Shown here: positions 1-11,746 of the stretch, piece after piece | Position numbering within the stretch: the stretch's first letter is position 1 | Layout: each line of letters begins with the position of its first letter | From: Raillietiella orientalis | Taxonomy: Eukaryota | Assembly (NCBI GenBank): GCA_036172245.1 | Contig: JAYWIR010000015.1 | Span: forward strand, 1,736,001 to 1,800,000 | DNA length: 64,000 nucleotides | Direction of reading: 5' to 3' | Notes under the pieces: model-generated | Told to the model about the DNA's origin: nothing | What the model saw: only the letters and a program-made list of their open reading frames with translations | The model's database searches: none | Translations under genes and position numbers: made by a program

Positions 1-185
1 ATATGGGATTCCACATTTTTTGGCCCCCTCTGAGCATTTTAGTTCTTTTTGTGGGTGTTGTTTTAGTGCTTGTCATAAAGTATGGCCATAAGTGTTTTCA
101 TGTTCCAAGTGGTCAAATAATTGCTACACCAGATGTGACCATGAAAGTGCAAACTTCTAAGCTTTATAAAGAAATTTCCGTCTAA
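1..185 (+). CDS. Possible terminal coding exon of a single-pass membrane protein (gene starts upstream of window)
   Basis: Open frame with a hydrophobic stretch (LSILVLFVGVVLVLVI) followed by KY, stop at 183-185, then AT-rich UTR-like DNA with AATAAA near 872. No family recognised. Confidence 0.3.
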   Translation, partial: MGFHIFWPPLSILVLFVGVVLVLVIKYGHKCFHVPSGQIIATPDVTMKVQTSKLYKEISV

Positions 186-3100
186 AACATGATTTTAGGT
201 GCCTTAATGTATATAATTTTATGAATGTATTTAAAACTAGTATTTCATATTGTATGCATGACATGATTCCTTGATTGTATTATTACTAGTTATGTATACT
301 GCTTGAGCTGTTGCACTTGAAAATATGCTTTGCTTTAATTTCAGCTTATTTGAAAACCTGTGTAAGGATTGCTTCCTGATCTATTTTTATGGATGACCTC
401 AGTGTAAGAGATGCACATTCTTAATGTAAACATATAAAAAAATATATTTTGTATTCATGATCATTTTGGATTAAAATTATTAAGGGTGATGGATGGTTTG
501 TTTGATTTTTTTTAGCTAAAAATGAAATGCTTATGGTAATCTTACTTGCAAAAGATGTATGTATTTTCTTGCAATCCATTTCATAGGAAAATTTCCAAGT
601 GCTCCATATTTATTATCGGATATCGTAGGTTAGTTGGAGAAAATTTGCCTTCACACCGAAAAAATCAGTATTATGGTGAGCATGAACGAACTTGTCACTC
701 CATTCCTATGCAAGTTATTTAAAATCAGAGATTTGCAGGAACAGTTACTTTTTCCATGTAGGTGGTGGTTCACTTATGTCTTTATCCGTACATGTAGCGT
801 ATTTTATATTTGTACAGAAAGCATTACACATCAAGTTTCAGTGGTTCTTCCATGCAATCATGCAATTTGAAAATAAATTTCGTGAATTCTTTTAGATTAA
901 CGTAAGTTTTGACTTTCATCGAGTACCAACAAAAGAAAGCACTTATGCCTTACACCATAATCTAGTGACCTGATTACATTTGGGTGTATCCAGTGGTGGT
1001 TCATGCTGGGGGGGTGTACCAACTGTGTGCTACATGCAATACGAATGCCCAAGACGCTGGTGTCGAGCCTTTGGATGATTCAGTGCTGCTTGCAAGCCCA
1101 TGGATTCCCTTCGAAATGCCGTACTTTTTGATTTGCTGCTATGTGACCAGCATGTTACCTGCCGTGTGACCAGCTTCAGCAGCGACACCCAAGTTTTGCC
1201 GTGAAGCACTGGCAGCAGATGTTGAGCTGCTTAGGTCTTCAGGAAGGCCATGTTTTCGACTCGGTCGGCAACGCATCTCCAATTTGTTGATCTGTTTTGC
1301 TCAAAATAACGACACAGGTTTCTTTCCACACCCATCACTCTTGTGTGGTGCGTTTCTTTGTGGTTCCAAGAATGATCCAAGGAAGGTTCTAACGATGGCT
1401 TGTAGCATAGTGCACGTCTTTTCTATGTCATTCCCGATTATACGAAATCTTTGACCGTGAGGAGAAGACCTTGAGCTCTGCCCGAAGTTCCCTCCTCGTG
1501 GAACCGGCTGGAAATGTGGACCACCTCGGTTCTTCCTCATCCAGGTGAGCTTACGAAGCAATCTTCCTCATGTAAAAGGCTGCCATGCTGGCGACGTTCC
1601 TTCGCTGCGATCGCGTCTCCAAGACACGAGAAGTCTTTCTGTTGCATTTTGTGTAACCACCCTGACTACAGCTTGACGTTGAAGCTCGTTGCTTGGGATT
1701 CGAAATGCATCTGTATGCAATGGCGGAAAACATATCAAAAACGAATAAATTTGGTCAGCTCTCAGTGGAATGCATCGGCGACCTCTTCCTCAGTTTGTGA
1801 CCACATTGCTTACGTGCTTCGAAAAAATTAACCAGGAGGCATCTATAGATGTAGGTCATGATATTCCGGAGATTCTGAATAAGCAAATGCTTCCAAATAT
1901 TCTTGAGAGTCTCTAAATGTTTCCTTTTTATTTTTTCAAACCACGAGGAAATACCTTCCGCCCCACATCTATTTGCCGTTTGTGTGACGGATTCGTATGT
2001 AATCCGACCAATTTATGACTTTCCACGTCGAAAGTTCGCAACATCACGTAATTTTCCTCTTTACTGCCGTTTTTGAAATACTTTATCAAATCATGGAAGT
2101 AGACAATCTGTGCATTAACACTGGAATTAGAGCAGTCTAAACCACAGAGTCGAGAAACAAATGCATGCTCCATAATGAATGCAGAAGAAACCACGTGACC
2201 CGTAGAAGTTGAAAAAGAACACAAGGTGCCCTCTACACATAACAGATTAATGGAGGACGGCTTTCTAGCACTCGATTGCTTCCATATTATTTATATTTGT
2301 GTAGGATTTGCATGCGAATAGGTGCACGTGGAGTGCAGTTTGAAGATTTTGTTTTTTCAATTTCAATCCACGCGTGCAAATGAATTTCACTATTTTTCAA
2401 AGTAAAGAAATTTTCCGCACAAACAAAATTTTATGGGTCTTCATCCCGGCTATAAACAAATGATTCCACTTCTTTTCGAAATGAAATTTCCCAATAGTTT
2501 TATGCATGAACACTCGAAGGTTTGAATAACGTGATTTACATAATTAAAATCCTGCGCAAAAATAGTCCGAGCAGACTTTGGCTTTCGTAAGCCATCACGA
2601 GCCGGTGAAGAGCATCATTTTCAGGATGGAATGTTTCAGGGAATTCATTAGATTCGCTCATGGCGCCATTATCAGTATCAGCATCAGATCATCTCTGGTG
2701 ACTCTGAAGATATCGACGACGACGGCATGTTATTTTGTAAAGTTCCCAGTTTGCGATTCCCTTGCTAGTTAAGCATGCAGAAGAGTAGAAAGTCATTGGA
2801 AGCTCAGCGATGGGCAAAAACAGTAAAGTATACGCGTAGGTTCTTAGGAAGGCCAAATCACGATAAGTGCGACGCACCTCAGATTTAGGTCTCACCTAAA
2901 GCATCGCCGGGTGCTGCGTTTTCAGGGAAAAGTACGGGGACATCGGTCGACACCTGCTGGGATCTGCGATGCTTCCGGTGGAATTCCTAGCGTACAATTT
3001 CCGGGACCCTCAAAGGGCAAGTGCTGGCCGCCGCCGCCTTGTTAGCTGCAGCGCTACTCCTCCTTATGAGAGGGAAACGGGACTTGCCAACCAGTCGGGC

Positions 3101-4632
3101 GGGAGTTTCATGCCCATAGCAGCGGCTAAGAAACTCCTAAGGGAGTGGTCGACAGTTTCAGTCGACTGATGCTGCGACATCCAGCGTCCGCGTAAAACCG
3201 ACTGTTACTCTGAGCGGAACCCGGAAATCTCTTGCCTCTGTTTGGACAGCTCCGGGTGGCAGCCCGGACGCGGCTGCTTTGCTCTTCGTGCAGTGGGGAC
3301 TTATTGTGCGAGTACGCCGCTGAGCAAGGGGCAGCATCGTCCCCGAGCTTCGCCAGGTGCGGGTAATTGGAGACGCCTCGTGTCCTCCCTGCTCCGCTCC
3401 AGAGACTCGCCAAAGGAGCTGCCATGGCACCGCTTCTCGCGCGACGGCCTCCGCCGGCCTCTCCGGTCGCAGCCCCCGCGTCGGCACATCCCGTGTTGCG
3501 TCAGGAGGACGGCGACTTTCCTTTGCACGCCGGGGGCGCGCCGTCAAGGACCGGAAGCCGTGCGCCTCGCCCATTCGAGGATGAGGAATGTAACTAAGTG
3601 GCCTCTGCAGCCTGATGGCACCGCAGCCAGGCTGCAGGGACGTGGCAGGTCTGGACTGTAACCCTTCACTTTTCACCCTTACTCCTTCATTTATTATTCC
3701 CCTTCTCTCCTCAACCCTCCTTGTCCTTCCGCGTAGTCGGCCTACGAGCCGGTGGTTGATCCTCTGCTCTTTGTGCACTCCTAGAGTCTCGGAGGGCCGA
3801 AACCCCCACTTGGTTCGCCCCCGCCAACGCGTCACCGAGCGGCGACGGTGCCGGCGAGCGTTTCACGAGACGTCCTGATGCAACGTCAGCGTCGCCGAGT
3901 GCTGCCTCTTTGGTGGGAAGCACAGAATTGCCCGCGAACGCTCGATGGCATCTCCGGATCTCCCGGAGAAATTCCAAGGAGCTCCTCTCAGAGGGCACCT
4001 TTCGGGTGGGCACTTGGAGCTGTGGCATCGATCCTCAAGTCTCCCGAATCCATCATACCAAGGAGGTCGAAATTCCGTCTCACGAAGATGCAGTTTGCTT
4101 TAGCAAGTGATGGGTACTTTGGATGCATATCGATTTGGATCTCGTGGAACTGTGGGTCTGTTCGAAAAGAATGGGGGTGGCTGTGCTCCTGAAGCCAGGC
4201 GTTCGAGGGTGTCTCTAACGGAACACGTCATCGCATGGCTACTCTGCAGGTGACTCGATGCTTTTCCAAAGACATCTTCCTGTCCGGAGATGCAGCGCAA
4301 AAAGTGACTGCCTCAAAAAAAGCAGATGAACAAATCACTTGTTTCGTCACTGCTTTCTTCTCGTGCGTAATGACACTCGCGGTATGGCCTAGACATCCTT
4401 AACATGCGCCCAACTCGAACGTATTCTTTGCTGCGGTTGTGCAGGAATTTCCATCCGAGGCAGCCTCAAGGAGCGCACGCCCATATACCAAAGGCTTCTT
4501 CTCGTCGACACCTTTTTGAGCAGAAATTAAAGCCACTGATGGCCGTCCAGTGGTTTCTCATTGGGTCGAAGCTCCCATGAATACTGGAAAGCGAAATCCT
4601 CGATTCTACTTGATCCTGAAGTCGCCAAAAGC

Positions 4633-5381
4633 TAACGCGAGTGTCCTAAAGCCGACTCAGCGAGGAGGGAAACCCCGCGTGTAGCAGAAGGGCAAACCCC
4701 AGACTTTCGGTACGAATGCGGACCGCGAAAGCGAGGCCTGACGATGCTTTTGACTTTGCGCACAAATCATGAGTTTTGAGCAAGAGGTGTCGGAAAAGTT
4801 ACCACGGGGGATAACTGACTTATGGAAGTCAAGCGTTCATAGCGACGCCGCTTTTCGATCCTTCGATGTCGGCTCTTCCTGTCACTGCGAAGCAGACTTC
4901 GCCAAGCGTTGGATTGTTCACCCGCCAACGGAGAACGCGAGCTGGACCGTCGCGAGACGGGTTCGTTTCATCCTACTGATGAATGGTCGTTGCGATGGAA
5001 ACGTCCCGCTCGGTACGAGAGGAACCGCAGATTCGGACGTTTGGTCGAACGGCCAGAGGGGCGAAGCTATCATCCGCCGAATCTTGGGCTGAAGGCCTCT
5101 GAGGCCGAGTGCGACGATGCTGTTGCACCTCCTCGGGCGTCAGGCAGACGGGTTAGACGTGCTGGAACGTTCCTTCCGTTCTCCAAGGACGGATCCTGCC
5201 GCCTCCGTCAGGCCCCGGAAAGGAAAAACTCGATGATCTTTCGGGCAGCGCGCGGAGAGACTCTGTCCGCATCCGCGCGCGTTTTCGTGACCGTATCGAG
5301 CATCCCATATGGCGAACGTAAAGGTGTCACGAGTTACGTCGGGAGAACTCATATATCGACCGGGGTGCTGCACCTAGTGGA
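4633..5381 (+). pseudogene. 28S rRNA: 28S (LSU) rRNA pseudogene fragment, domains V-VI (peptidyl-transferase region and sarcin-ricin loop)
   Basis: Collinear matches to conserved LSU motifs: AAAAGTTACCAC.GGGATAAC, GATCCTTCGATGTCGGCTCTTCCT, CCAAGCGTTGGATTGTTCACCC, SRL GTACGAGAGGAACC (5013-5026), GGGGCGAAGCTA. Core match 4633-~5110; weaker 3'-end similarity at ~5335-5381. Deletions in invariant positions (GAGCTGG[GTTTAG]ACCGT at ~4945) and no 18S/5.8S context indicate a pseudogene. Confidence 0.9.
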
Positions 5382-5397
5382 CCACCATTAAATGGTG

Positions 5398-6490
5398 TTT
5401 CACCCGGTTTTGCGGGGGAATTTGTTATGAAAAGAATAATAAAAATACATTGGTATGCGGTTCTGCCGCGTGCCATCGAGCCTGCCAAGGTCCGGTACGC
5501 AGACCGGTGAGGTCCACTTGGGCAGCGAAAACGAAGGGAAAACAGTAAACGAAAATGAACAGAGAAAAAAGGGAGGGAAATCTTTCCACGGGAAGGAGGA
5601 GAGGAGAGGGAGAACCGAGAAAGGGATCACTGCTCGCCGCGAGGCGTCTTGTGCATCCTGTCGAGGATGCTAGCAAGTTCGTTTCGCATGCTGCCCAAGT
5701 GGGTCCATCTCGTGGCGGTCTTCAAGAAAATTCTCGCCGAGTGGATGCCGTCCCTTCCATTTCGACCTCCTCCGGGTCTCCAGTATTCCGCGAAGGCAGC
5801 AGAGAATTGCAAGGGACGCGACTGGCAGCAGTATGGCACAAACAAAAAGGTGTCCCAGGGGCCACCTACTGGGATTTTGAAAGTCGTCGCTAAGCAGTCC
5901 CAAAGGGGTCAGAGGGCAGCACACTCTAGCAGAAGATGCAGGAGGGTCTCCCTCTCCGCAAATCTGTCTCAGTTAGCATCCACACTCCCCCGTGTCCAGT
6001 GGTGAAGGAGCGTTTTTGTAACCGTATCGAGCATTCCGTATGGCGAACATGGAGGCGGTGATGTTGACATCCCTCAGGTGGCGGGCGTTGGTGTTGTATG
6101 GGGGATTCCTCATGCAACGCCAATGCCCGCCACCTGAGGGGGAGGGGGAGGGCACTTCCAGCTCTCTGAGGGCCGCTTTACGTTTTTCGGAGGGATTGCA
6201 AGTAGCTCTCCCCAGCGTAGAAGCTTTTTGGTAGGGTCACTCGGGGTCGCAGCTTCGGTGATCTCATGAGTTGTCCATGCACCCAGAAGTTTATTTTTGG
6301 CTGCAATGCAGCACATCACTTCCCTCCTACTGGGATGACGATGTGCCATTCTTACCTAAGGGAGGGCACAACCGGGGCAAGGGGGATAGACGAAGCCCTC
6401 AGCATCTTGCGCTGGCTGGACGCGATCTTCTGTAGCGACTGACGAACGCTCGTGCCTCGCAGGGTGGCGTACTCCGCCTCTATCGAACCG
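5398..6490 (-). mobile_element. L1/Tx1-type non-LTR retrotransposon 3' fragment (degraded ORF2 C-terminus + 3' UTR)
   Basis: Minus-strand remnants homologous to the other copies (LHEESP~LHGGIP; FQNPSRWP~L.IPVG.P; ATRWTHLGSMRNELASILDRMH) and shared terminus CCGGGTGAAA at ~5398-5407. Confidence 0.75.
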
Positions 6491-6676
6491 AATTTATTTT
6501 TATTTTTGTTTCCTTTTCTTCCCTCTGTTGCCGTGGCGGATCTCACCGGTCTGCATATCGCTAACACGGCAGATTTGTTTCGAAAAGGGCGTGGTTGGAC
6601 CACTGGTCCAACCACACAAACTGGAAATCTTTATTTTTATATGAAATAAACTCCCCGGCACACCCAGGTGGCAAAT
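6490..6676 (+). mobile_element. Isolated 3' UTR/terminus of the same retroelement group
   Basis: T-rich tract, hairpin cassette, AATAAA (6645-6650), then CCCCGGCACACCCAGGTG terminal hairpin. Confidence 0.75.
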
Positions 6677-6699
6677 CAGACCCTCTCCCGTATTTAGCA

Positions 6700-6910
6700 G
6701 CTCGAAGAAATCCCCGAGTGCTGACTCCGGGATGGAAATGGGGAGCAGCAGCAGCAGATCGTCTGCATAGGCCGACATGATGCAGGCGCTCCTGGGCACG
6801 AGCTCAGCAGGGTTGTCAGTCTCCCCGTATGGTCTCAGCACTAAACTCGAAGTAGATGCTGAAGAGCAGGGGCTCAGACTGCCACCCTGACTCATGCCGC
6901 CGCATCCTGC
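6700..6910 (-). mobile_element. Reverse transcriptase core remnant (non-LTR)
   Basis: ORF 6500..6895(-) contains SQGGSLSP (RQG.PLSP motif) and AYADDLLL (RT catalytic motif). Confidence 0.8.
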
Positions 6911-6915
6911 AATGG

Positions 6916-7690
6916 TTTTTCACCAGGGTAAGCCGTGGCTTTTATTATTAAAATTTTACAAAGAAATTTCATAATAAAATCTTGTCTTTTCGAGTTATTT
7001 TTCAGTCAGAACACATGGTTCTGACTGTCTTGGGTACTTGTCCTTACCGACCCTCAGGCCGTTAAGGTCCTCTCCACTGGCGAAGGAGGCGGTAAAACCA
7101 GAAAAAAAACAAAAACACCTGGGGGACAATGTTTTATGGGGAGGGGAGGGAAGGGAAGGGATCACGGTACGCCGTGAGGAGGCCTCTGCATCCGGGTTTG
7201 GATGCGAACAAGTGCTGGCAGAATTTTTCTCAGCCGGCGCCAACGGAAAGCCTTCTTCACAGAGAGGACTACCCAGTGGATGGCATTCCGACTGCTGCGG
7301 CCTCTCCTTGACGCGGTCCACTTATCCAGGATTCCACGTATGCAGCAGAGAACTGCAGCACACGCGGCGGCTGGCAGGGCGTCCCGCATCAGGAGGCGAC
7401 GAAAAATGTTTCTAGGGTCGCCCACCGGGATGTTTAGGATCGACGAGAGTCGATCCCACATGAGGCGGAGGGCAACACACTCGATTATTAAGTGGAGGAA
7501 GGTCTCCCTTTCCCCGCACTCTGCACAATTGGCATCTATTCTCTCCCTAATGTCCAGTGAGACAGGCGTGCTCTGCATAAAAGTCCCCAATGGAGCACAA
7601 GCAGCGCCGTCTCTTGCCAATCCAAAGGGGGTGCCCCTGTCCCAAGACGCCGGGGCCACTTCACCTCCTCCGGAGGTATATCGAGCAGCT
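6916..7690 (-). mobile_element. L1/Tx1-type retrotransposon 3' fragment with zf-RVT-like zinc finger
   Basis: ORF 7162..7659(-): CAECGERETFLHLIIEC (C-x2-C-x4-E-x3-H-x4-C), W..LS.IL.IPVG; 3' UTR cassette and terminus at ~6916-6950. Confidence 0.85.
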
Positions 7691-7739
7691 CGCCCCAGCT
7701 CACAAGTCCATTCGGCGGGACACTCGGGGTTGTAGCGTC

Positions 7740-7950
7740 CGTTGACTCCCGATCCGCTCGGCGTGACCGGGAGTCAACCAGTGTCGCACCCGAATGGGCC
7801 AGCCAGCGTCATCTTGCGGGAGGAACTCGATACCCGCAATGAGCCCCCCACCCCCATCCCCATTTTTCGTCGTCGATCCCTCCTCGGGTGGGATTCGAAC
7901 CCGTGACTCCTGGCAGTACGCGCGGAGACGGCAGCCTCACGGCTGCCAAG
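7740..7950 (-). mobile_element. tRNA-derived SINE-like element
   Basis: Minus-strand B-box GGTTCGAATCCC (~7890-7901) in a tRNA-like head, second B-box-like GGGTATCGAGTTCC; homologous to 27765-27925(+). No complete cloverleaf seen. Confidence 0.6.
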
Positions 7951-8889
7951 GCCCCCCCTCCCGTTTTCGGCTCGAACGGCTTGACCGCCTTCGGGAGGGG
8001 CGTTCCGCCTTCAGCTCCGGCCAAAGAGCGTCCCTACTTCTCCGCGCGCAGCAGCGCTTCCTCAGCGGCTCGAGAGCTGCGACCTCGTCTATCCTTGCGC
8101 GCGCCCCAGAGACGGTAGGCACGGGCTGCCGCGGTGGAAACAGAGCAGCACTTTTCCCCTCTTGCTTCGACGGACTGGACTGAACTGAGAGCTTCGGGCA
8201 GAGAGGGAAAAGATCGAAGTCCGCGGCGGAACTGGCGGTCGGTTGGGCGAATTGGTCCAGCTGACTGATCTTTTCGGAACAGGACCGAGATCGAACACGG
8301 GTTTAGCTGCTGAACGGTGTTGCAGCCTTTCTGACAGGGTCCCGATCCCCGGAGTGCTCTGATCCACCAACTTGCCAGGTCACTTTCACCTGTTTCTTGG
8401 GGGAGGAGGAGGGGGAGGGGGTGAGAGATCTTCGCGTGGACCGAGAAATCAGCATCTCTGGAAGCAAATCACGTGCCATCGCAACCAACGTGAGCGTGGA
8501 GGAAATCGCCCGCGGGATGCCTTTTGCGTGAAATGGCTCATCCGGGCTACTTATCGTTGCCGCATTGCAGCCGAGTAGGAACTCCCGGGACCATACCTGG
8601 ACTACGCAGCGGCAGGGCGACCCGAGCTCGGATCGTCCCTGGGAACATGCTTTCTGCGGGCCAGACGGTTGGGCGGGGTCCCATCTTGCCGGTTTCGTAG
8701 GGATTCACACGAGCAGCTCCTGGAAATCCGCTGCCAGTTCGGGGAGTTTCTAGAAGCAGCTCTTTCACTCCGGCAGCGATGCACAGGCGAGTCTCCGCGA
8801 TAATCCAGGAGCGTTCCCTTCGCGCTGTCAAGAGGTGCAAAGAACTCTTGTGAACGCTGGAAAAAAAAAAAAAAACGCCGTCGAGCAAG

Positions 8890-9310
8890 ACTTACCATTC
8901 CAGGAGGGCGTCGCGCAGGAAGAGGCGCATCAGAACGTCTTTGGGGTTGCCCTCGGAGATCCGCAGGGACGCGGTAACGCGTCCCCAAAGGTGCGGCACT
9001 GGTGGAAACTAGAAGCCGATGCCCCCCTTGACGTCTGGGATTATAAGTCGACCCTCCGGGATCCTTCCAGAAATCAAGGAGTCCTTCGGAATTTCCCTCT
9101 GGTTGTAAGAATAGGGCCGTCCCTCCTCTCGGAGAGAGACCCTCTAGGGTGTTGAGAAGCGCGCTGCTCCCTTCGGAGTTCCCTTCAGAGGGCGGTTTCC
9201 TTCCGGGTTCCCTTCGGAAAAGAAATGAATGGTCTTACAAATCGTGGGGTCCCTCCTGAGAGAATAAGGAAAGGGCACCCTTCGGGATTCCCTTCGGAGG
9301 CAACCAGGAC
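8890..9310 (-). mobile_element. CCCTTCGGG-array region fused to ORF2 C-terminal remnant (internally deleted element)
   Basis: 8990-9085 aligns with 28845-28935; on the minus strand it runs directly into LRISEGNPKDVLMRLFLRDAL (post-zf-RVT segment). Confidence 0.6.
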
Positions 9311-9319
9311 GGAGGGTTC

Positions 9320-9925
9320 CCTTGTGGCGTGGACAGCGTCAAAGAGCTTCGTGAGCCGCCAGGCGCGCGACGGTTCCACAAGCAGGTGCGGGGAACGGGA
9401 ATCCCTTCCGCGCCTGCTCGTGGACTGTGCTGCCCTCTGGTCCCGATGGAAACGTTTCCGAACGACCCTCCGGATCCCGGTTGGCAGCCCCAGGGGCGTT
9501 TTACGAGTCTTCTTCGTGCGTGATGCCCTGCAGCCATCCGTAGTCCTAGCAGCGCTTTGCTGCATCCGCGGGATCGTGGCGGCCTGGAACGAAGCCGACG
9601 GAGGGAGAGACGAGAGGGACGCCGTCCCAGTCCACGCTGCGCTTTCTGCGGATGGCAGCAGCCAGATGGCCCCACCTGGGACCTATTCGGACGGACCTAG
9701 CTGGAATGCTAGAAAGGATTCAGAACTTCCTTCAGTGGACAGTGGTCCCTTTCCGACCTCCCCAAAGATTTCTATCTATTTTCATTGATTTTTTCTTTTA
9801 TTTTTCTTTTTGTTTTCTCCCGTCTTTCTTCGTTGTCGAAGAAAGTCCCCCCGCCGGTCTGTGCACCGGCGACCCGGCAGGCCACAGACAAAGGAGCGGG
9901 GTCGGACCACGCGTGTCCTGGCGCT
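9320..9925 (+). mobile_element. L1/Tx1-type 3' fragment (zf-RVT remnant + partial 3' UTR)
   Basis: RCGERESLPRLLVDCAALW...LRIPVGSP...AALCCIRGIVAAWN in ORF 9225..9788; hairpin GCCGGT-ctgtgc-ACCGGC near 9853. Confidence 0.8.
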
Positions 9926-10200
9926 TTCTGGTGGAAATCAGAGGAGGAAACAAGGAGAGGAGGATCCCTACGGAGAATACGAAAGCAGTCCTATGAAAAC
10001 TGGGGGGTCCCCTCGGGGAGAGAATAAGGAAGAGGTGATTCCCTTCGGACACAACCAGGGTGAAGGTGAGGTTTCCCTCGGGGTTCCCTCCCAAGCGTTC
10101 CCTCCCTCCCGTTCCCTCTCCTTTCCACTGAAGCCCTTCCTGGATTCACAGGGTGGTCCTCCTCCGTGGTCCCCCCTCCCCCAACTCGAAGAGCTACGCT
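9925..10200 (-). repeat. CCCTTCGG-rich array segment of the retroelement 5' region
   Basis: GAGAATAAGGAAGAGGTGATTCCCTTCGGACACAACCAGGGTG...CCCTTCCTGGATTCA matches 37865-37985 and 49080-49215. Confidence 0.7.
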
Positions 10201-10709
10201 CACCTCCGGGTGGTACCGACAGTGTTTCAAGGGCCTCATGTGGCGGCATCGTCCAGCCTCTCCGATGTTTCCCTGAGGGGCGAACGATTTTTCGATGCTT
10301 AGCGAACTTGGAAAGAAAACAGGAGTAGTGGGACTCGGGGCTGGCTTGATGCCCCAGTGTTAGGATGGAAGCCGACCGCGATGGCGCTCCGTGGTGACAC
10401 AGGGATGGCCTGCTCCAGGATTCGGGTGTGCGCTGGCAGGTCGCCGCGGTCGGAGGTCCCGTCTAGCCGGGAATTGGGAGTATTCCCTTCGGAGTTCTCC
10501 CCTCCTTTCCTTACGCTCCCCCGGATGCGCGGCAGCGGAGAGGGAGGGGGCATCCCAAGCCTCCGTGCGGCCCCGCTGTCAGGCCACCGCTCTGTTGCTC
10601 CTGTGGGGCGAAGCGACGCTCCTTCGGGCACTCGGAGAACCAGGGAGAGGAGAAGGCGAGGGGGGAGGTTCAGACAGTGGACGGGGAAAAAGCAACGGCA
10701 CGGGCGAGG

Positions 10710-10766
10710 GACGGATCTGTTGTTCCATAGGTAGACGCATTCTACCTATGGAACAACAGATCCGTC
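10710..10766. repeat. Perfect 26-bp inverted repeat with 5-nt loop
   Basis: GACGGATCTGTTGTTCCATAGGTAGA-cgcat-TCTACCTATGGAACAACAGATCCGTC. Confidence 0.95.
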
Positions 10767-10769
10767 TTC

Positions 10770-11746
10770 CAACTGCTGAAGGAGATCCTGGGGAACACCA
10801 GAAATCTGCTGTGGGCTTCGTTCATTCCCCTCGCTCCAGTGCTGCCCTCCCTAAAGGGAGCAATGGACAGCCCGCGAGGTGGGAAGTGACCTGAGTAATG
10901 AGGGGCAGGAAAAAACATCTGGGTGCGTGGACAACTCGGGAGCTGGCGGACGCCGCAACCCCGAGTGTCTCACCAAAAGGACTGCCATGATAAGGAGAGC
11001 TGCTACAAATTCCTCCGGAGGAAGTGAAGTGTCCCAGAATGCTGGAACAGTGCTACCCTCCCCCTAAAGTGGCAGGAGTCAGCGAGCCTGCTGTTGCACT
11101 GAGGCCTCCTGTGCAACGCCCACCTTCATCATTGGACTCGGGGAAGGAGGTGAACCCAAACTTCGGCAGGTGCGGCGAAAGAGAGTCCCTCCTACACCTG
11201 CTCGTGGATCTGCCTTGCCCTCTGTCCCCTGTGGGAACGCATCGCAGCGTCCCTGTGGATCCCCGACGGCAACCCCAAAGGCGTTCTGATGCGCCTCTTC
11301 CTGCGCGACGCCCTCACGCCGGCTGCATCCCTAGCAGCACTTTTCCGCCCACGCAGCGGGACCGTGGCTGCATGGAGCAACGCTAGAGGAAGTCAGAACG
11401 ACAGGGACGCCATCTATTTTGCCGTCCTCTTCATGAGGTCAGCGTCAAGATGGTTCCATGTGGGAGTCTTGAAACACTAACTTGCCGGCATCCTTACAAG
11501 GAGTCAGAGGACATCCTCCAGCACATGGTGATCCCTTCCTGAACCTCCCCCCCTTCTATCTTTTGATTGTATGTTGTTCGTTTTATTTTTTTCTTTTTGT
11601 TTGTCTCCTTTCCCCTGTGATGCCGAGGCGAACCCCGCTGGCTTACGCGTCGGTTCTCGGCAGGTTCTTTTTGTATTTTCTGTCCCGCATCTTGCCACTG
11701 ACCTCTATGTTTATTTTTGATAAATAAACGCCCCGGCATGACCAGG
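10770..11746 (+). mobile_element. L1/Tx1-type 3' fragment to terminus
   Basis: GRCGERESLLHLLVD; MRLFLRDALTPAASLAAL; RWFHVGVLK; 3' cassette and AATAAACGCCCCGGCATGACCAGGT. Confidence 0.8.

Noticed and set aside
960..2250. Possible minus-strand exons
   Set aside because: Stops in all frames and no recognisable family.
7885..7950. Possible tRNA gene
   Set aside because: B-box only; acceptor, D and anticodon arms cannot be formed; treated as a SINE head.
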